DNA from: Prevotella sp.
GTDB lineage: Bacteria; Bacteroidota; Bacteroidia; Bacteroidales; Dysgonomonadaceae
Length of the DNA: 64,000 nt
Direction: 5' to 3'
Assembly: GCA_031285625.1 (NCBI GenBank)
Contig: JAITVV010000029.1
Location: 38,875-102,874 of the forward strand
Part shown: in pieces, positions 44,132 through 54,280 of the stretch
How positions within the stretch are numbered: the stretch's first letter is position 1
Layout: the number at the start of each line of letters is the position of its first letter
Position numbers and translations under genes: made by a program
The notes under the pieces: generated by a model
The model's input: the letters and a program-made list of their open reading frames with translations, nothing else
The model's database searches: none
What the model was told of the DNA's origin: nothing

Positions 44132-44593
44132 TTAGTCGTTTTGTGAGCTGTTATTCATCAAAGCCTGAATACGGATACTGAAGTCTTCTGCCGGAATTAG
44201 TGTCTGTTCCAACGCATCGTTCGTCCATATTTCAATCGTATTGTCCACCCCTAAAAATCTAACGTCAGACGTAATTCCTACCATCTGACAATATCGTTTC
44301 GGTATAAGTATACGTCCGTTAGCGTCCATCTCCAGTCGTTCGGCGTCTACAACAAATTGACGGAAAAGTCCTTGCTGTTCGGCATCCCATCTGTTTAGCC
44401 GCGAACGTAATTTTGCAACCTCTTCTTCCCATACCTGCAGAGGGTAGAGTGTCAGGCAGTTCTGAAAGATGTCCTTTCTGAGTATCAAAGTATTATTGCC
44501 GGAAGATTGTAAAATTTTCCGAAAAGCAGCAGGTACAAAGATTCTGGCCTTTGCATCTATTTTAGCTTCTATGTTCCCTAAAAATTGTAACAT
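44132..44593 (-). CDS. mraZ: Transcriptional regulator MraZ
   Basis: IDAKARIFVPAAFR and DANGRILIP; likely start MLQFLG at 44593. Confidence 0.93.
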   Translation of the reverse strand: MLQFLGNIEAKIDAKARIFVPAAFRKILQSSGNNTLILRKDIFQNCLTLYPLQVWEEEVAKLRSRLNRWDAEQQGLFRQFVVDAERLEMDANGRILIPKRYCQMVGITSDVRFLGVDNTIEIWTNDALEQTLIPAEDFSIRIQALMNNSSQND

Positions 44594-44649
44594 TAATACT
44601 TTGAATTTTAACAGTATACAATATTCGACGTAAAGGTATAAAAATAAAA

Positions 44650-44672
44650 CACTTTCCCCCACCTTTCCCCAC
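44650..44672 (-). promoter_or_regulatory. MraZ-binding direct repeats
   Basis: Minus strand GTGGGGAAAG-GTGGGGGAAAG-TG; GTGG/TGGG repeats at about 10-bp period are the established MraZ operator form. Confidence 0.75.
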
Positions 44673-44780
44673 TTAAAATATAAGAAAAGTTTTCAACAGG
44701 AAATGAACAAGTTATGAACAAAGTATTAACAGGATAAAAATAAGGTATTATTACTGATTGTAAGATGATTATACAAAAAT

Positions 44781-44814
44781 AAGTCCTGCCTTGTTAATAA
44801 CTAAGGCAGGACTT
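44781..44814 (-). terminator. hisS terminator hairpin
   Basis: AAGTCCTGCCTT...AAGGCAGGACTT. Confidence 0.8.
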
Positions 44815-44835
44815 GTTAAATTATTTGAAAATCAA

Positions 44836-46194
44836 TCAACTAAGGATTGAGATGCATTCTTCTAAAGTCAGCGATTTTTGTTCTCCGGATAACATATCCT
44901 TTAAGGTAATCTTGCTTTCGGCGATTTCGTTTTCTCCGATAATAGCTACATAAGGAATCTTATTGGAATCGGCATAAGACATTTGCTTTTTCATTTTTGC
45001 CGCTTCGGGATAGATTTCCGTAGAAATACCTGCCTGCCTCATTTTGTTGATTAATGGTAAAATGTAAGCTTCTTCTTTTTCTCCGAAATTGACAAATAGG
45101 ACTTGTGTATTCTGAATTGAATCTTTGGGATACAGATCCAGTTGGTTCAGAACATCGAAAATGCGGTCTGCACCAAAAGAAAAGCCAACTCCTGATACAC
45201 CCGGGAGTCCGAAAATACCGGTCAGATTATCATAACGTCCGCCTCCTGTGATGCTACCTATCTGTACGTCCAAAGCTTTTACTTCTATAATAGCACCTGT
45301 GTAATAGTTTAAGCCACGAGCCAGAGTCAAATCTAGTTCGAGATTGGAACGAACTCCTGTGATTTTAAGTTTATTGAGGATAAATTCGAGTTCTTCCGCT
45401 CCTTTCACTCCTGTTTCGGAGTCTTTGAGTACGGTTTTAAGTGTATCTATTTTCTCCTGATTGGATCCTTCCAAAAGAATGATGGGTTGAAGTTGGTCAA
45501 TCGCTTTTTGAGGGATTCCTTTTGAGGCAAGTTCTTCGTTTACTTTTTCCAATCCTATCTTATCCAGTTTATCGATAGCTACAGTGATATCAGTAATCTT
45601 ATCAGATTCTCCAATTATTTCAGCAATTCCGGATAATATCTTACGGTTGTTCAGTTTAATACATACGCGAATGCCAAAACGATTGAATACTTCGTCGATG
45701 ATCTGGATAAGTTCCACCTCATTTATCAACGAGTCTGATCCTATTATATCGGCATCACACTGGAAGAACTCGCGATAACGTCCTTTCTGAGGACGGTCGG
45801 CACGCCATACGGGTTGTATCTGGTAGCGTTTGAAAGGAAATGTAATTTCGTTGCGATGCTGTACTACATATCGTGCAAAAGGAACTGTAAGGTCGTAACG
45901 CAGTCCTTTTTCACTGATCTTAGTTGCCAGACGGATAGAGTTTTTCTCAAGCAGCTCTTCATTGCTGATATCTTTCAGATAGTCGCCGGAATTTAATATT
46001 TTGAATAAGAGTTTATCCCCTTCTTCTCCATATTTTCCCATCAGTGTAGATAGGTTTTCCATTGCCGGAGTTTCTATCTGGCGAAAACCATACAACTTGA
46101 ATACTTCACGGATTGTATCGAAAATATAGTTACGCTTCGCCATTTCTTCCGGCGAAAAGTCTCTTGTTCCTTTTGGAATTGAAGGTTGTGACAT
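44836..46194 (-). CDS. hisS: Histidine--tRNA ligase
   Basis: [41 protein letters not shown] and GGGRYD. Confidence 0.98.
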   Translation of the reverse strand: MSQPSIPKGTRDFSPEEMAKRNYIFDTIREVFKLYGFRQIETPAMENLSTLMGKYGEEGDKLLFKILNSGDYLKDISNEELLEKNSIRLATKISEKGLRYDLTVPFARYVVQHRNEITFPFKRYQIQPVWRADRPQKGRYREFFQCDADIIGSDSLINEVELIQIIDEVFNRFGIRVCIKLNNRKILSGIAEIIGESDKITDITVAIDKLDKIGLEKVNEELASKGIPQKAIDQLQPIILLEGSNQEKIDTLKTVLKDSETGVKGAEELEFILNKLKITGVRSNLELDLTLARGLNYYTGAIIEVKALDVQIGSITGGGRYDNLTGIFGLPGVSGVGFSFGADRIFDVLNQLDLYPKDSIQNTQVLFVNFGEKEEAYILPLINKMRQAGISTEIYPEAAKMKKQMSYADSNKIPYVAIIGENEIAESKITLKDMLSGEQKSLTLEECISILS

Positions 46195-46222
46195 AGCTTA
46201 CTTATTGAAAATATTTGGATTG

Positions 46223-46230
46223 CAAAGGTA
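46223..46230 (-). promoter_or_regulatory. -7 promoter box for hisS
   Basis: TACCTTTG on the minus strand, about 30 bp before the start. Confidence 0.6.
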
Positions 46231-46263
46231 AAAAATAAGTTGTAAGTAACGGAGTAGAGTTAG

Positions 46264-46386
46264 GATAAATTTACTTGAACAATGCTTACTCTCTTTGTCA
46301 TGCTGACGAAGGAAGCATCTCTTATTTATTTAGGGTCGAGATCCTTCCCTCTGGTCAGGATGACAGAGTTTTCAAGTGAAATTATC
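46264..46386. repeat. REP-doublet / MITE-like hairpin element
   Basis: Inner inverted pair TGTCATGCTGACGAAGGAAGCATCTC (46296-46321) / GAGATCCTTCCCTCTGGTCAGGATGACA (46338-46365); outer inverted repeat matches 14/16. Confidence 0.7.
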
Positions 46387-46432
46387 TAATATAAAGTTTA
46401 TTATCTTAATTCATTGCATTTATCCTGAGAGG

Positions 46433-46488
46433 AAAAAGTTACAGTGAAAAACATACTGAAAAGTGTTACTTTTGTCACCTTTTTTATG
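46433..46488 (+). repeat. Three-box intergenic motif, copy 2 (upstream of the ABC operon)
   Basis: AAAAAGTTACA-N20-TGTTACTTT-TGTCACCTT. Confidence 0.7.
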
Positions 46489-46653
46489 TAAATTGATGAT
46501 TTGTAGATGTTTGTGATATTTAGGTATTTCTTTCTTTTGTTACTTTTTAAGAGTATCCGTTTGAACCGATTAGATTGTATTACTTTCTCTCGAGCAAATT
46601 AATTTATTTAGTTTATTTTTGTAGCTGCTAAAATTTAATTATTCGTCCAAATT

Positions 46654-47595
46654 ATGAAATATATTCTATTTTTTTCAATTTTATCAATCAGTCTGTTGCT
46701 AAGTGCCTGTTCTGGCAATAAACAGGAAAGTGGTGAGATACCTACTCTTTCTGTGGGAGTAATGTCATCGATGGATTATCTTCCACTGGCTGTTGCACAA
46801 CGCGAAGGTTACTTTGCAAAACATGGAGTGAATGTAAAGATTCAGAAATTCGTTTCAGCAAATGAACGTGATATGGCCTTTCAGAGTGGGGTAGTAGATG
46901 GTGGAGTTACAGATTATACCAGTGCTGCTCTGTTAGCATCAGGAGGTTTTGATATGAAGTTGACATCAAAATGTCAGGCCCCTTTCTATATTGTTGCAAG
47001 TTCTCAATCAGGAGTTAATAATCTGTCTGAACTTAAAGGTAAGAAGATAGCGGTGTCCCAAAATACGGTTATTGATTTCTGTGTGGATATGGCTTTGGCA
47101 AGTGTAAACCTTACTCCTGCTGATGTGGAGAAAGTAGAGATAAACAAAATACCTACACGCTTTGAAATGCTTCGAAATAACAAGATCGATGCAACAGGAT
47201 TGCCAAATCCGTTTGCCCTGATCGCTGCGGGGGATGGTTGCAAGCTGCTGGTATCTATGGATAGCCTTAAATATACTGTAACAGGTATTGTTTTTGCGCA
47301 GAAAGCTATTGATTCGAAAAGTGAAGCTATCAGGAAAATGTATGCTGCCTATAATGAAGGGGTAGCCTATCTCAATGCTCATACAGTAGCAGATATAAAA
47401 GATATATTGGTAAAAGACTTACAGTTTCCGGAACCTGTAGCAGAGAAAGTATCACTGCCAAAATATACGGATGCTCAACCTGTAACCACAATGGATAAAG
47501 ATATCTTGGAGGTGGTCAACTGGCTTGGTAATAAGAAGTTACTTAATCCGGATTTCAAAGTGGATAATCTTGTAAACGATCAACTTACGCAATAA
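46654..47595 (+). CDS. ABC transporter substrate-binding lipoprotein (SsuA/NMT1/THI5-like)
   Basis: Lipobox LSAC; PLAVAQREGYFAKHGVNV and ELKGKKIAV. Confidence 0.85.
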   Translation: MKYILFFSILSISLLLSACSGNKQESGEIPTLSVGVMSSMDYLPLAVAQREGYFAKHGVNVKIQKFVSANERDMAFQSGVVDGGVTDYTSAALLASGGFDMKLTSKCQAPFYIVASSQSGVNNLSELKGKKIAVSQNTVIDFCVDMALASVNLTPADVEKVEINKIPTRFEMLRNNKIDATGLPNPFALIAAGDGCKLLVSMDSLKYTVTGIVFAQKAIDSKSEAIRKMYAAYNEGVAYLNAHTVADIKDILVKDLQFPEPVAEKVSLPKYTDAQPVTTMDKDILEVVNWLGNKKLLNPDFKVDNLVNDQLTQ

Positions 47596-47597
47596 GG

Positions 47598-48317
47598 ATG
47601 CTATCAATCGAAAACCTGGAGGTAAAGTACGGAAATACCGTGGCATTAAGTGATTTTTCTCTTACCATAAGGAAAGGGGAGATATATTCACTTATTGGTC
47701 CTTCCGGGTGTGGTAAGTCCACTTTGTTGAAAGTGTTGTGTGGTATTATAAAATATTATGATGGGCAGATAAGATTTGATGATAAAGCTTTTAGTAATAA
47801 AGATATAGCAATTGGGTATGTCCCTCAGCACTACGGATTGCTGGAATGGAAAACAGTGAAAGAAAATATCTTTTTACCATATCGGCTAAATGCAACCAAG
47901 ATAGTAAATGAGGGCGAAGTATCCGAAATTATCAATTCTCTGGAGATAGATGATTTACAGGATCGTTACCCATCTCAGTTGAGCGGGGGACAAAAACAAC
48001 GGGTAGCACTTGCACGTGCATTTATTTCTAAGCCTGACATCTTGTTAATGGATGAGCCTTTTTCTTCGCTCGATACATTTACATCCGAGGCTTCACAAAG
48101 GCTGTTTCTTCGTTTGTGGGAAAAGTATAAGGTAACCACCCTTTTTATTACCCACAATATACACGAAGCCGTATCGATAGGGGAGCATATAGTGGTTATG
48201 AGTAAATCTCCGGGGAAGATTGTTTATCAGGTAGAAAATCCGTTATTCAATGTATCTGAATATCAGGAAGAGAAATTGAAGTTTGTCGCATCCATTATTA
48301 AAAAGATAGGTTACTGA
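47598..48317 (+). CDS. ABC transporter ATP-binding protein (NitT/TauT family)
   Basis: GPSGCGKST, LSGGQKQR, MDEPFSSLD and ITHN. Confidence 0.92.
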   Translation: MLSIENLEVKYGNTVALSDFSLTIRKGEIYSLIGPSGCGKSTLLKVLCGIIKYYDGQIRFDDKAFSNKDIAIGYVPQHYGLLEWKTVKENIFLPYRLNATKIVNEGEVSEIINSLEIDDLQDRYPSQLSGGQKQRVALARAFISKPDILLMDEPFSSLDTFTSEASQRLFLRLWEKYKVTTLFITHNIHEAVSIGEHIVVMSKSPGKIVYQVENPLFNVSEYQEEKLKFVASIIKKIGY

Positions 48318-49078
48318 TGACAAAGCGCAGGAAGTACATATTTAATTATTTTGGCTATATAGTTGGCGGCTTTGTCCTGTTCAATATAATATGGTATATT
48401 CTTGCTATATGGTTGCAATTAAAGGCTTTGCCATTGCCGGCAGAAGTGTATGCCGGATACTCCAAAGCTTTTGAAAATGGGATTCTTGATCACTCTTTTG
48501 CCAGTTTGAGGCGCATTGTGTATAGTATTGGTATATCACTGGGTATTGCTTTAGTTCTGGGTTTATGGATGGGATATAATAAGAGAGCCAATAAACTATT
48601 AGGCCCGATGATCTACTTCTCATACCCTATTCCAAAACTGGCACTGTTACCTATTATTATGACTTTGTTCGATCTGGGCGAAACATCCAAGATTATTATT
48701 GTGGTCTTGATTATTGTTTTCCAATTGATAATAACAATACGGGATGCTGTGAAGAATATATCGAAGGAAAGCTATTATGTACTTATTTCATTTGGAGCAA
48801 GTAGTTTGCAGAAGATGAGACATATAACCCTTCCTGCTATTTTGCCGGAGACGTTTTCCTCTCTTCGTGTGGCATTGGGTATTGCTACATCTGCTCTTTT
48901 CTTTATCGAAACATTCGGTACGGATAAGGGATTAGGATTTTACATAACAGATTCGCAGATGCGGGTCGATTATATTCAGATGTATTTCGGGATAATTGTA
49001 CTTTCGCTGATTGGCTTTGTCTTATTCCTTATAGTGGACTTACTGGATAATATCTTCTGCCGGTGGAAGAATATATGA
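48317..49078 (+). CDS. ABC transporter permease (NitT/TauT family)
   Basis: PIPKLALLP, an EAA-like loop (SFGAS..LPAILP) and GLGF; 1-bp overlap with the ATPase gene. Confidence 0.9.
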   Translation: MTKRRKYIFNYFGYIVGGFVLFNIIWYILAIWLQLKALPLPAEVYAGYSKAFENGILDHSFASLRRIVYSIGISLGIALVLGLWMGYNKRANKLLGPMIYFSYPIPKLALLPIIMTLFDLGETSKIIIVVLIIVFQLIITIRDAVKNISKESYYVLISFGASSLQKMRHITLPAILPETFSSLRVALGIATSALFFIETFGTDKGLGFYITDSQMRVDYIQMYFGIIVLSLIGFVLFLIVDLLDNIFCRWKNI

Positions 49079-49084
49079 TGTCGG

Positions 49085-50542
49085 TTACCTTCTCCAGAAG
49101 GCTGGCATAAATAAAGAAAGTACAGTAAACAATTCTAAACGTCCGGTAAGCATCAGGAAGCTAAGATACCATTTCGATTCGGTAGGTACATCGTAGAAAT
49201 GACCGTTGTGTCCGATCTCGGCTAATCCTCCTCCGACATTTCCAAGGCATGATATGGCAGCACCCAAGGCATTTTCGAATCCCATTCCCGACAAGGCTAA
49301 TATCAGGCAGCTGATAATCAATATAGCCAGATACAGGAATATAAAAGCCAGGACTTTGGTTACCACATCCATTGATATTACTCTGTCATTCAGTCGTATA
49401 GGTAGTATAGCATTGGGGTGTACCTGTCGCTTGAATTCATTGATCGAGTTTTTGAACAGGATAACGATCCTTACGATCTTGATCCCTCCTGCAGTTGACC
49501 CTGCACAGGCTCCGGTGAACATGAAAATGACAACTATAAACTGATAGAATGGTCCCCAATTGATAAAGTTATCGGTGGAATGGCAGGTGGTGGTAATCAT
49601 TGAAACTACCTGAAACAGCGAGGTTCGGAAGGCTTTTTCTATTTCATTGATCTTTCCTGATGAGAAAAGGCCTACGGCAATGATAATAACAAAGGTTATA
49701 ATGATCAATACATACCATTTGAATTCTTCATTCTTTAAAAGCTTTTTTGGATCCCCTTTCATAAAGAAGTAGATCAAAGGGAAATTGATCCCTCCTATAA
49801 ACATAAACAGGGTGATCACATATTCTATATAGGCAGAATCCCAGTAGGCTATACTTGCTTGTTTGGTAGAGAATCCGGCAGTAGAGATAGTAGTAAATGC
49901 ATGGCAGATTGCATCAAACAAATCCATCGGACCCGCCCAAAGCAAAAGAAAGAGGACACTGGTGAGGAAAATATATACCAGCCAAAGCCTTTTTGCGATC
50001 TGGGAAATACGTGGACGGAACCGGTCATATCCAATACCGGTAACTTCGGCATCATATAGCACTGATGCATTTCCCCCCATTGGTAATATTGTGGCAACGA
50101 ATACTACAATCCCGAGTCCTCCCATCCATTGGGTGATGCTTCGCCAGAACAGTAAGCCTTTGGGCATAGCCTCTACATTGGTGAGTATGGTGGCACCAGT
50201 TGCTGTCAGACCTGATATGGTTTCAAAGTAGGCATCGGTAATATTAGTAATAGATCCACTCAGGTAAAAAGGCAGCATGCCAAATGCAGATAGAACAATC
50301 CATGATATGGCAACCATAAAGAAGCTTTCGCGCTTACCTATTGGTTTGGGAAGGTCTTCCGTTCCGGTAAGGCGTGTAAGTACTCCGGCCAAAAAGGTTA
50401 TTGTAGAGCTGATCAGCATGGCATCTCCTGCAATCTCTTCTGAGTAAAAAGAAACGACGGTTGCCATCATCATAAAGAGTGATTCTATGATAAGCAGAAA
50501 TCCAATTGTCCTTAATACAAACCGATAATTAAAATTGCTCAT
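49085..50542 (-). CDS. trkH: Trk potassium uptake protein TrkH
   Basis: FETISGLTATGAT, WMGGLG, ISTAGFS, GSTAGG, LGNVG and GRLE. Confidence 0.93.
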   Translation of the reverse strand: MSNFNYRFVLRTIGFLLIIESLFMMMATVVSFYSEEIAGDAMLISSTITFLAGVLTRLTGTEDLPKPIGKRESFFMVAISWIVLSAFGMLPFYLSGSITNITDAYFETISGLTATGATILTNVEAMPKGLLFWRSITQWMGGLGIVVFVATILPMGGNASVLYDAEVTGIGYDRFRPRISQIAKRLWLVYIFLTSVLFLLLWAGPMDLFDAICHAFTTISTAGFSTKQASIAYWDSAYIEYVITLFMFIGGINFPLIYFFMKGDPKKLLKNEEFKWYVLIIITFVIIIAVGLFSSGKINEIEKAFRTSLFQVVSMITTTCHSTDNFINWGPFYQFIVVIFMFTGACAGSTAGGIKIVRIVILFKNSINEFKRQVHPNAILPIRLNDRVISMDVVTKVLAFIFLYLAILIISCLILALSGMGFENALGAAISCLGNVGGGLAEIGHNGHFYDVPTESKWYLSFLMLTGRLELFTVLSLFMPAFWRR

Positions 50543-50550
50543 TGAGTATC

Positions 50551-51891
50551 CTAATTAGTAAAGAGTTTCTCGGCTTCACGCAATGAATCTTCAAGACAGA
50601 AAACAACAACATGGTCGTACGGTTCAATTAATGTTTCTCCATCGATCATCATTGGCTCTCCATTGCGTATGAGCCCGCCTAAGGTTACATTCTTTGGTAA
50701 TACTATTTTCTTTACTTCTTTTTTGGTTATTCTGGAATTGGGGCGTGCGATAATTTCTGCGACATCGGCATTTGCAATGGTTAGTGATTTTACGTTTGAT
50801 ACATCGGCACTAAGCAGAAACCTGTATATGTTATTTACGGTGATTAGCTTCTTGTTAATGATTGAACCAATATCCAAATTTTCAGCTAATGATATATAGT
50901 CCATATTTTCTACCTCGGCAACTGTTTTGCGTACACCAAAACGTTTTGCAGCCATACATGCCAGGATATTGGCTTCTGAATTTCCTGTAACTGCTACAAA
51001 TGCATCTATTTCGCCAATCCCTTCTTGTAGTAAGAATTCAGCATTTCGTCCGTCATTATGGTATACAGTAACATTCTTCGGTAGTTTCTCCAGCAATTGG
51101 TATGACTTTTCTTTATCTAGTTCCAGCAGCTTTATGTTTGTACTATCCGGAAGATATTGACAGGTTCTGATAGCTATCCGGCTACCACCCATTATCATTA
51201 CATTTTTTACTTCAAAGCTTGATTTTCCTGCTATATTCGGAAGATCTTCCATATCACTCCTTGTTGCAGTAAAGAAGACAATATCGCCTGCCAGTATCTG
51301 GTCTTTACCAGTAGGAATAATTGTTACATTATTTCGTTTGATAGCAACAACATGGAACTTCTTATTTTCGTTTCCAAACTCGTATAAATGCTTATTTACG
51401 AGTTGAGAATTTTCTCTTACTTTGACTCCTACCAGGATAATTGCACCATCGCACAACTCGACCCACTGCCGTACCCAGGGACGTTTCAGGGCCGAAACGA
51501 TCTCTTTTGCAGCGAGCATCTCCGGATATACCATAGAGCCTATGCCCAGCTTTTCAAAAAATTCCTTATTCTTGGGAAGTAAGTATTCATAATTGTCGAT
51601 ACGGGCAAAGGTCTTTTTTGCACCCATATTTGCAGCCAAAAGGCAGGCCGTGATATTTGTAGATTCTTCAGGAGTAACAGCAATAAAGAGATCTGCTTCA
51701 TCAATGTCAACTTCGGTTAAGTCTTTCAAAGAAGTGCATGAGCCATTCATAGTCATCATTTCAAGGTTTACACCCAAAGAGCTAAGACGATCCTTATCAG
51801 AGTCCATCAGTACGATGTCCTGATTTTCTATTGATAATAACTTTGCTAAATGCGTACCGACTGCTCCTGCTCCTGCAATTACAATTCTCAT
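50551..51891 (-). CDS. trkA: Trk system NAD-binding subunit TrkA
   Basis: IAGAGAVG and a second GGSRIA Rossmann/RCK domain. Confidence 0.93.
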   Translation of the reverse strand: MRIVIAGAGAVGTHLAKLLSIENQDIVLMDSDKDRLSSLGVNLEMMTMNGSCTSLKDLTEVDIDEADLFIAVTPEESTNITACLLAANMGAKKTFARIDNYEYLLPKNKEFFEKLGIGSMVYPEMLAAKEIVSALKRPWVRQWVELCDGAIILVGVKVRENSQLVNKHLYEFGNENKKFHVVAIKRNNVTIIPTGKDQILAGDIVFFTATRSDMEDLPNIAGKSSFEVKNVMIMGGSRIAIRTCQYLPDSTNIKLLELDKEKSYQLLEKLPKNVTVYHNDGRNAEFLLQEGIGEIDAFVAVTGNSEANILACMAAKRFGVRKTVAEVENMDYISLAENLDIGSIINKKLITVNNIYRFLLSADVSNVKSLTIANADVAEIIARPNSRITKKEVKKIVLPKNVTLGGLIRNGEPMMIDGETLIEPYDHVVVFCLEDSLREAEKLFTN

Positions 51892-51896
51892 TTATC

Positions 51897-53840
51897 TTAT
51901 TTGAATATTTTTTCTTCCTTAACTTTTTGTGCGCTTTTATTATTTAAGACTGATAACATTCGGTTGGCCAGTCCTTGAATATCCAGTCCCTCAAGTTTAT
52001 TCAGTTCACTGATAGAGCCATGAGTGACAAACTCATCAGGTATCCCTACTCTGGAGACATTTATGTCGTGATTATTATCAGAAAAATATTCCAGGATTGC
52101 ACTACCGAAACCTCCGTTGATTACCCCATTCTCCACAGTCATTACATGAGTGAAATTTTGATCAACTTCTTTAAGGATTGTATGATCTAATGGTTTCAAA
52201 AATATCATATCATAGTGTGCTATAGAGAATCCTTGACTTTCGGCCTGTATAATGGCATCGCGTACTGTATTTCCGATTGGGCCAATACTTAATACTGCAA
52301 GGTCCTTGCCATCTTTTAATTTTCGACCTTTACCTATTTCAAGTAGCTTCATTTCGCATTCCCAATCTTTAAGAACTCCTTGCCCTCTTGGGTAGCGAAT
52401 CACAAACGGACCTTCGTTTCCATATGCAGCAGTGTACATCAGATGACGTAAGTAGTGTTCATCGTAAGGTGATGCTATTGTAAGGTTTGGTACACATCGC
52501 ATATAGGCAAGATCGAAAGCCCCATGATGAGTCGGACCATCTTCTCCCACCAGTCCTGCTCTGTCGAGGCACATAGTAACATGCAGATTCTGTAGTGCAA
52601 CATCGTGTATAACCTGATCGTAAGCTCTCTGCATGAAGGATGAATAAATATTACAGAATGGGAGAAGGCCTTCTTTTGCCAGTCCGGCAGAGTAGGTAAC
52701 GGCATGTGCTTCAGCAATACCTACATCGAATGCCCTGTCCGGAAATTCTTTCATCATATAAGTCATAGATGAGCCTGTAGGCATAGCCGGCGTGATACCT
52801 ACGATACGCGTATCTTTTTTTGCAAGCTCTACCAGTGTATGACCAAAAACATCCTGATAGAGTTGAGGCTGATCTTTAGATTTTACAATAATGCGTTCTC
52901 CGGTTTCTTTATCAAATTTGCCCGGAGCATGCCATACCGTTGCGGAAACCTCGGCCGGTTTAAAGCCTTTTCCTTTTATGGTATGGATATGTAGCATTTT
53001 AGGCCCTCTCATATCCTTGATGTTCTGTAGTATCCGTATCAGATTCCGGAGATCATGACCATCTATAGGACCAAAGTAACGAATATTGAAGCCTTCAAAC
53101 ATATTTTGCTGCTTAGTCAACAATGACTTCAAGCTATTATTGAAACGGAGTATGAAATTTTTACCCTTATCTGTAATTAAATTCCCTTTCTTGAATTTCT
53201 GATAAACATCATTCCGCACCCTGTTGTAAGTTGGAGAAGTAGTCATTTTTACCAGATAATCACGCATACCACCAACGTTGTCATCAATGGCCATATCGTT
53301 ATCATTCAGTATTATAAGCATGTCGTTAGGTTGCGAGCTGGCATTGTTTAGTGCCTCATATGCCAAACCTCCCGTCATGGAACCATCTCCGATTATTGCC
53401 ACCACGCGCCTGTCTTCATGCTTTAATGATGACGCCACAGCCATACCTAGTGCTGCTGATATAGAATTGGATGCATGTCCGGCTATAAAAGCATCATACT
53501 CACTTTCTGCCGGATTGGGGAATCCGGATAACCCTCCGAATTTACGGTTCGTCGAAAATCTATCTTTTCTGCCTGTGAGTATTTTGTGACTGTAAGCCTG
53601 ATGGCCTACATCCCATACAATGCGGTCGTAAGGGGTATTATAGACATAATGGAGGGCAACAGTAAGTTCTACTGTACCTAAACTGGATCCAAAGTGTCCG
53701 GGATTGATACTTAATTGATCAATGAGAAAACTTCGCAGGTTAGCACAAAGAGTTTCAAGCTCTTCAATACTTAGATTTTTCAGATCTGCGGGTGAGTTTA
53801 TTTTCTCTAATACTGATATATTTTCGTCTTGTTCGTTCAT
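51897..53840 (-). CDS. dxs: 1-deoxy-D-xylulose-5-phosphate synthase
   Basis: [25 protein letters not shown] and [13 protein letters not shown]; likely start MNEQD at 53840. Confidence 0.97.
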   Translation of the reverse strand: MNEQDENISVLEKINSPADLKNLSIEELETLCANLRSFLIDQLSINPGHFGSSLGTVELTVALHYVYNTPYDRIVWDVGHQAYSHKILTGRKDRFSTNRKFGGLSGFPNPAESEYDAFIAGHASNSISAALGMAVASSLKHEDRRVVAIIGDGSMTGGLAYEALNNASSQPNDMLIILNDNDMAIDDNVGGMRDYLVKMTTSPTYNRVRNDVYQKFKKGNLITDKGKNFILRFNNSLKSLLTKQQNMFEGFNIRYFGPIDGHDLRNLIRILQNIKDMRGPKMLHIHTIKGKGFKPAEVSATVWHAPGKFDKETGERIIVKSKDQPQLYQDVFGHTLVELAKKDTRIVGITPAMPTGSSMTYMMKEFPDRAFDVGIAEAHAVTYSAGLAKEGLLPFCNIYSSFMQRAYDQVIHDVALQNLHVTMCLDRAGLVGEDGPTHHGAFDLAYMRCVPNLTIASPYDEHYLRHLMYTAAYGNEGPFVIRYPRGQGVLKDWECEMKLLEIGKGRKLKDGKDLAVLSIGPIGNTVRDAIIQAESQGFSIAHYDMIFLKPLDHTILKEVDQNFTHVMTVENGVINGGFGSAILEYFSDNNHDINVSRVGIPDEFVTHGSISELNKLEGLDIQGLANRMLSVLNNKSAQKVKEEKIFK

Positions 53841-54108
53841 AAAACTTCTATTGGAATAAAGAAAAATCTTTATTACTATTGTAATAAACAAGCAAATATA
53901 TAAAACAAAAGCTATTTAGTCTACGATATTTTCTTAAAAATGAGGCTTCATAAGTGTACGCTATTATAAATAACAAATTACGACTGTTTTATGTTCTTTT
54001 TATTTGCCATATTTGTTTACTAACAAACACATCCTATAATTAATTCTATCATAAAAAAGTAACAAGTTTAAATAATTATAAGGTGTTTGTATAGAGTAAT
54101 TTATAACT

Positions 54109-54159
54109 AAAAAGTGACAAAAGTAACAGTTTATTGTACATATTTTATTGTTACTTTTT
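54109..54159 (-). repeat. Three-box intergenic motif, copy 3 (upstream of dxs-trkA-trkH)
   Basis: Minus strand AAAAAGTAACA-N20-TGTTACTTT-TGTCACTTT. Confidence 0.7.
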
Positions 54160-54222
54160 GTCTCCGTACTTAGTTAATATAAGACAATCTTAAAAGTATA
54201 GCTTTACAGAATTTCCACAAAT

Positions 54223-54256
54223 AAAAAAAGTAGCTTAATTTATTATAAGCTACTTT
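54223..54256 (-). terminator. Terminator of the DEAD-box gene
   Basis: AAAGTAGCTTA...TAAGCTACTTT with an A-run on the + strand. Confidence 0.7.
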
Positions 54257-54280
54257 CATATTATTGATTGTTACTAATAA

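Noticed and set aside
46420-46653. TPP riboswitch upstream of the THI5/SsuA-like ABC operon (CTGAGA at about 46425)
   Set aside because: The other conserved TPP elements (ACCTGA, AATGC..GCGTAGG) and the stems are absent.
49085-53840. dxs co-transcribed with trkA-trkH
   Set aside because: An odd pairing, but to my knowledge a common Bacteroidales arrangement; not novel in itself.
53900-54280. Long AT-rich gap as a candidate oriC or hidden gene
   Set aside because: No credible ORF and no cluster of DnaA boxes; it is explained by a terminator, the three-box motif and the dxs promoter.
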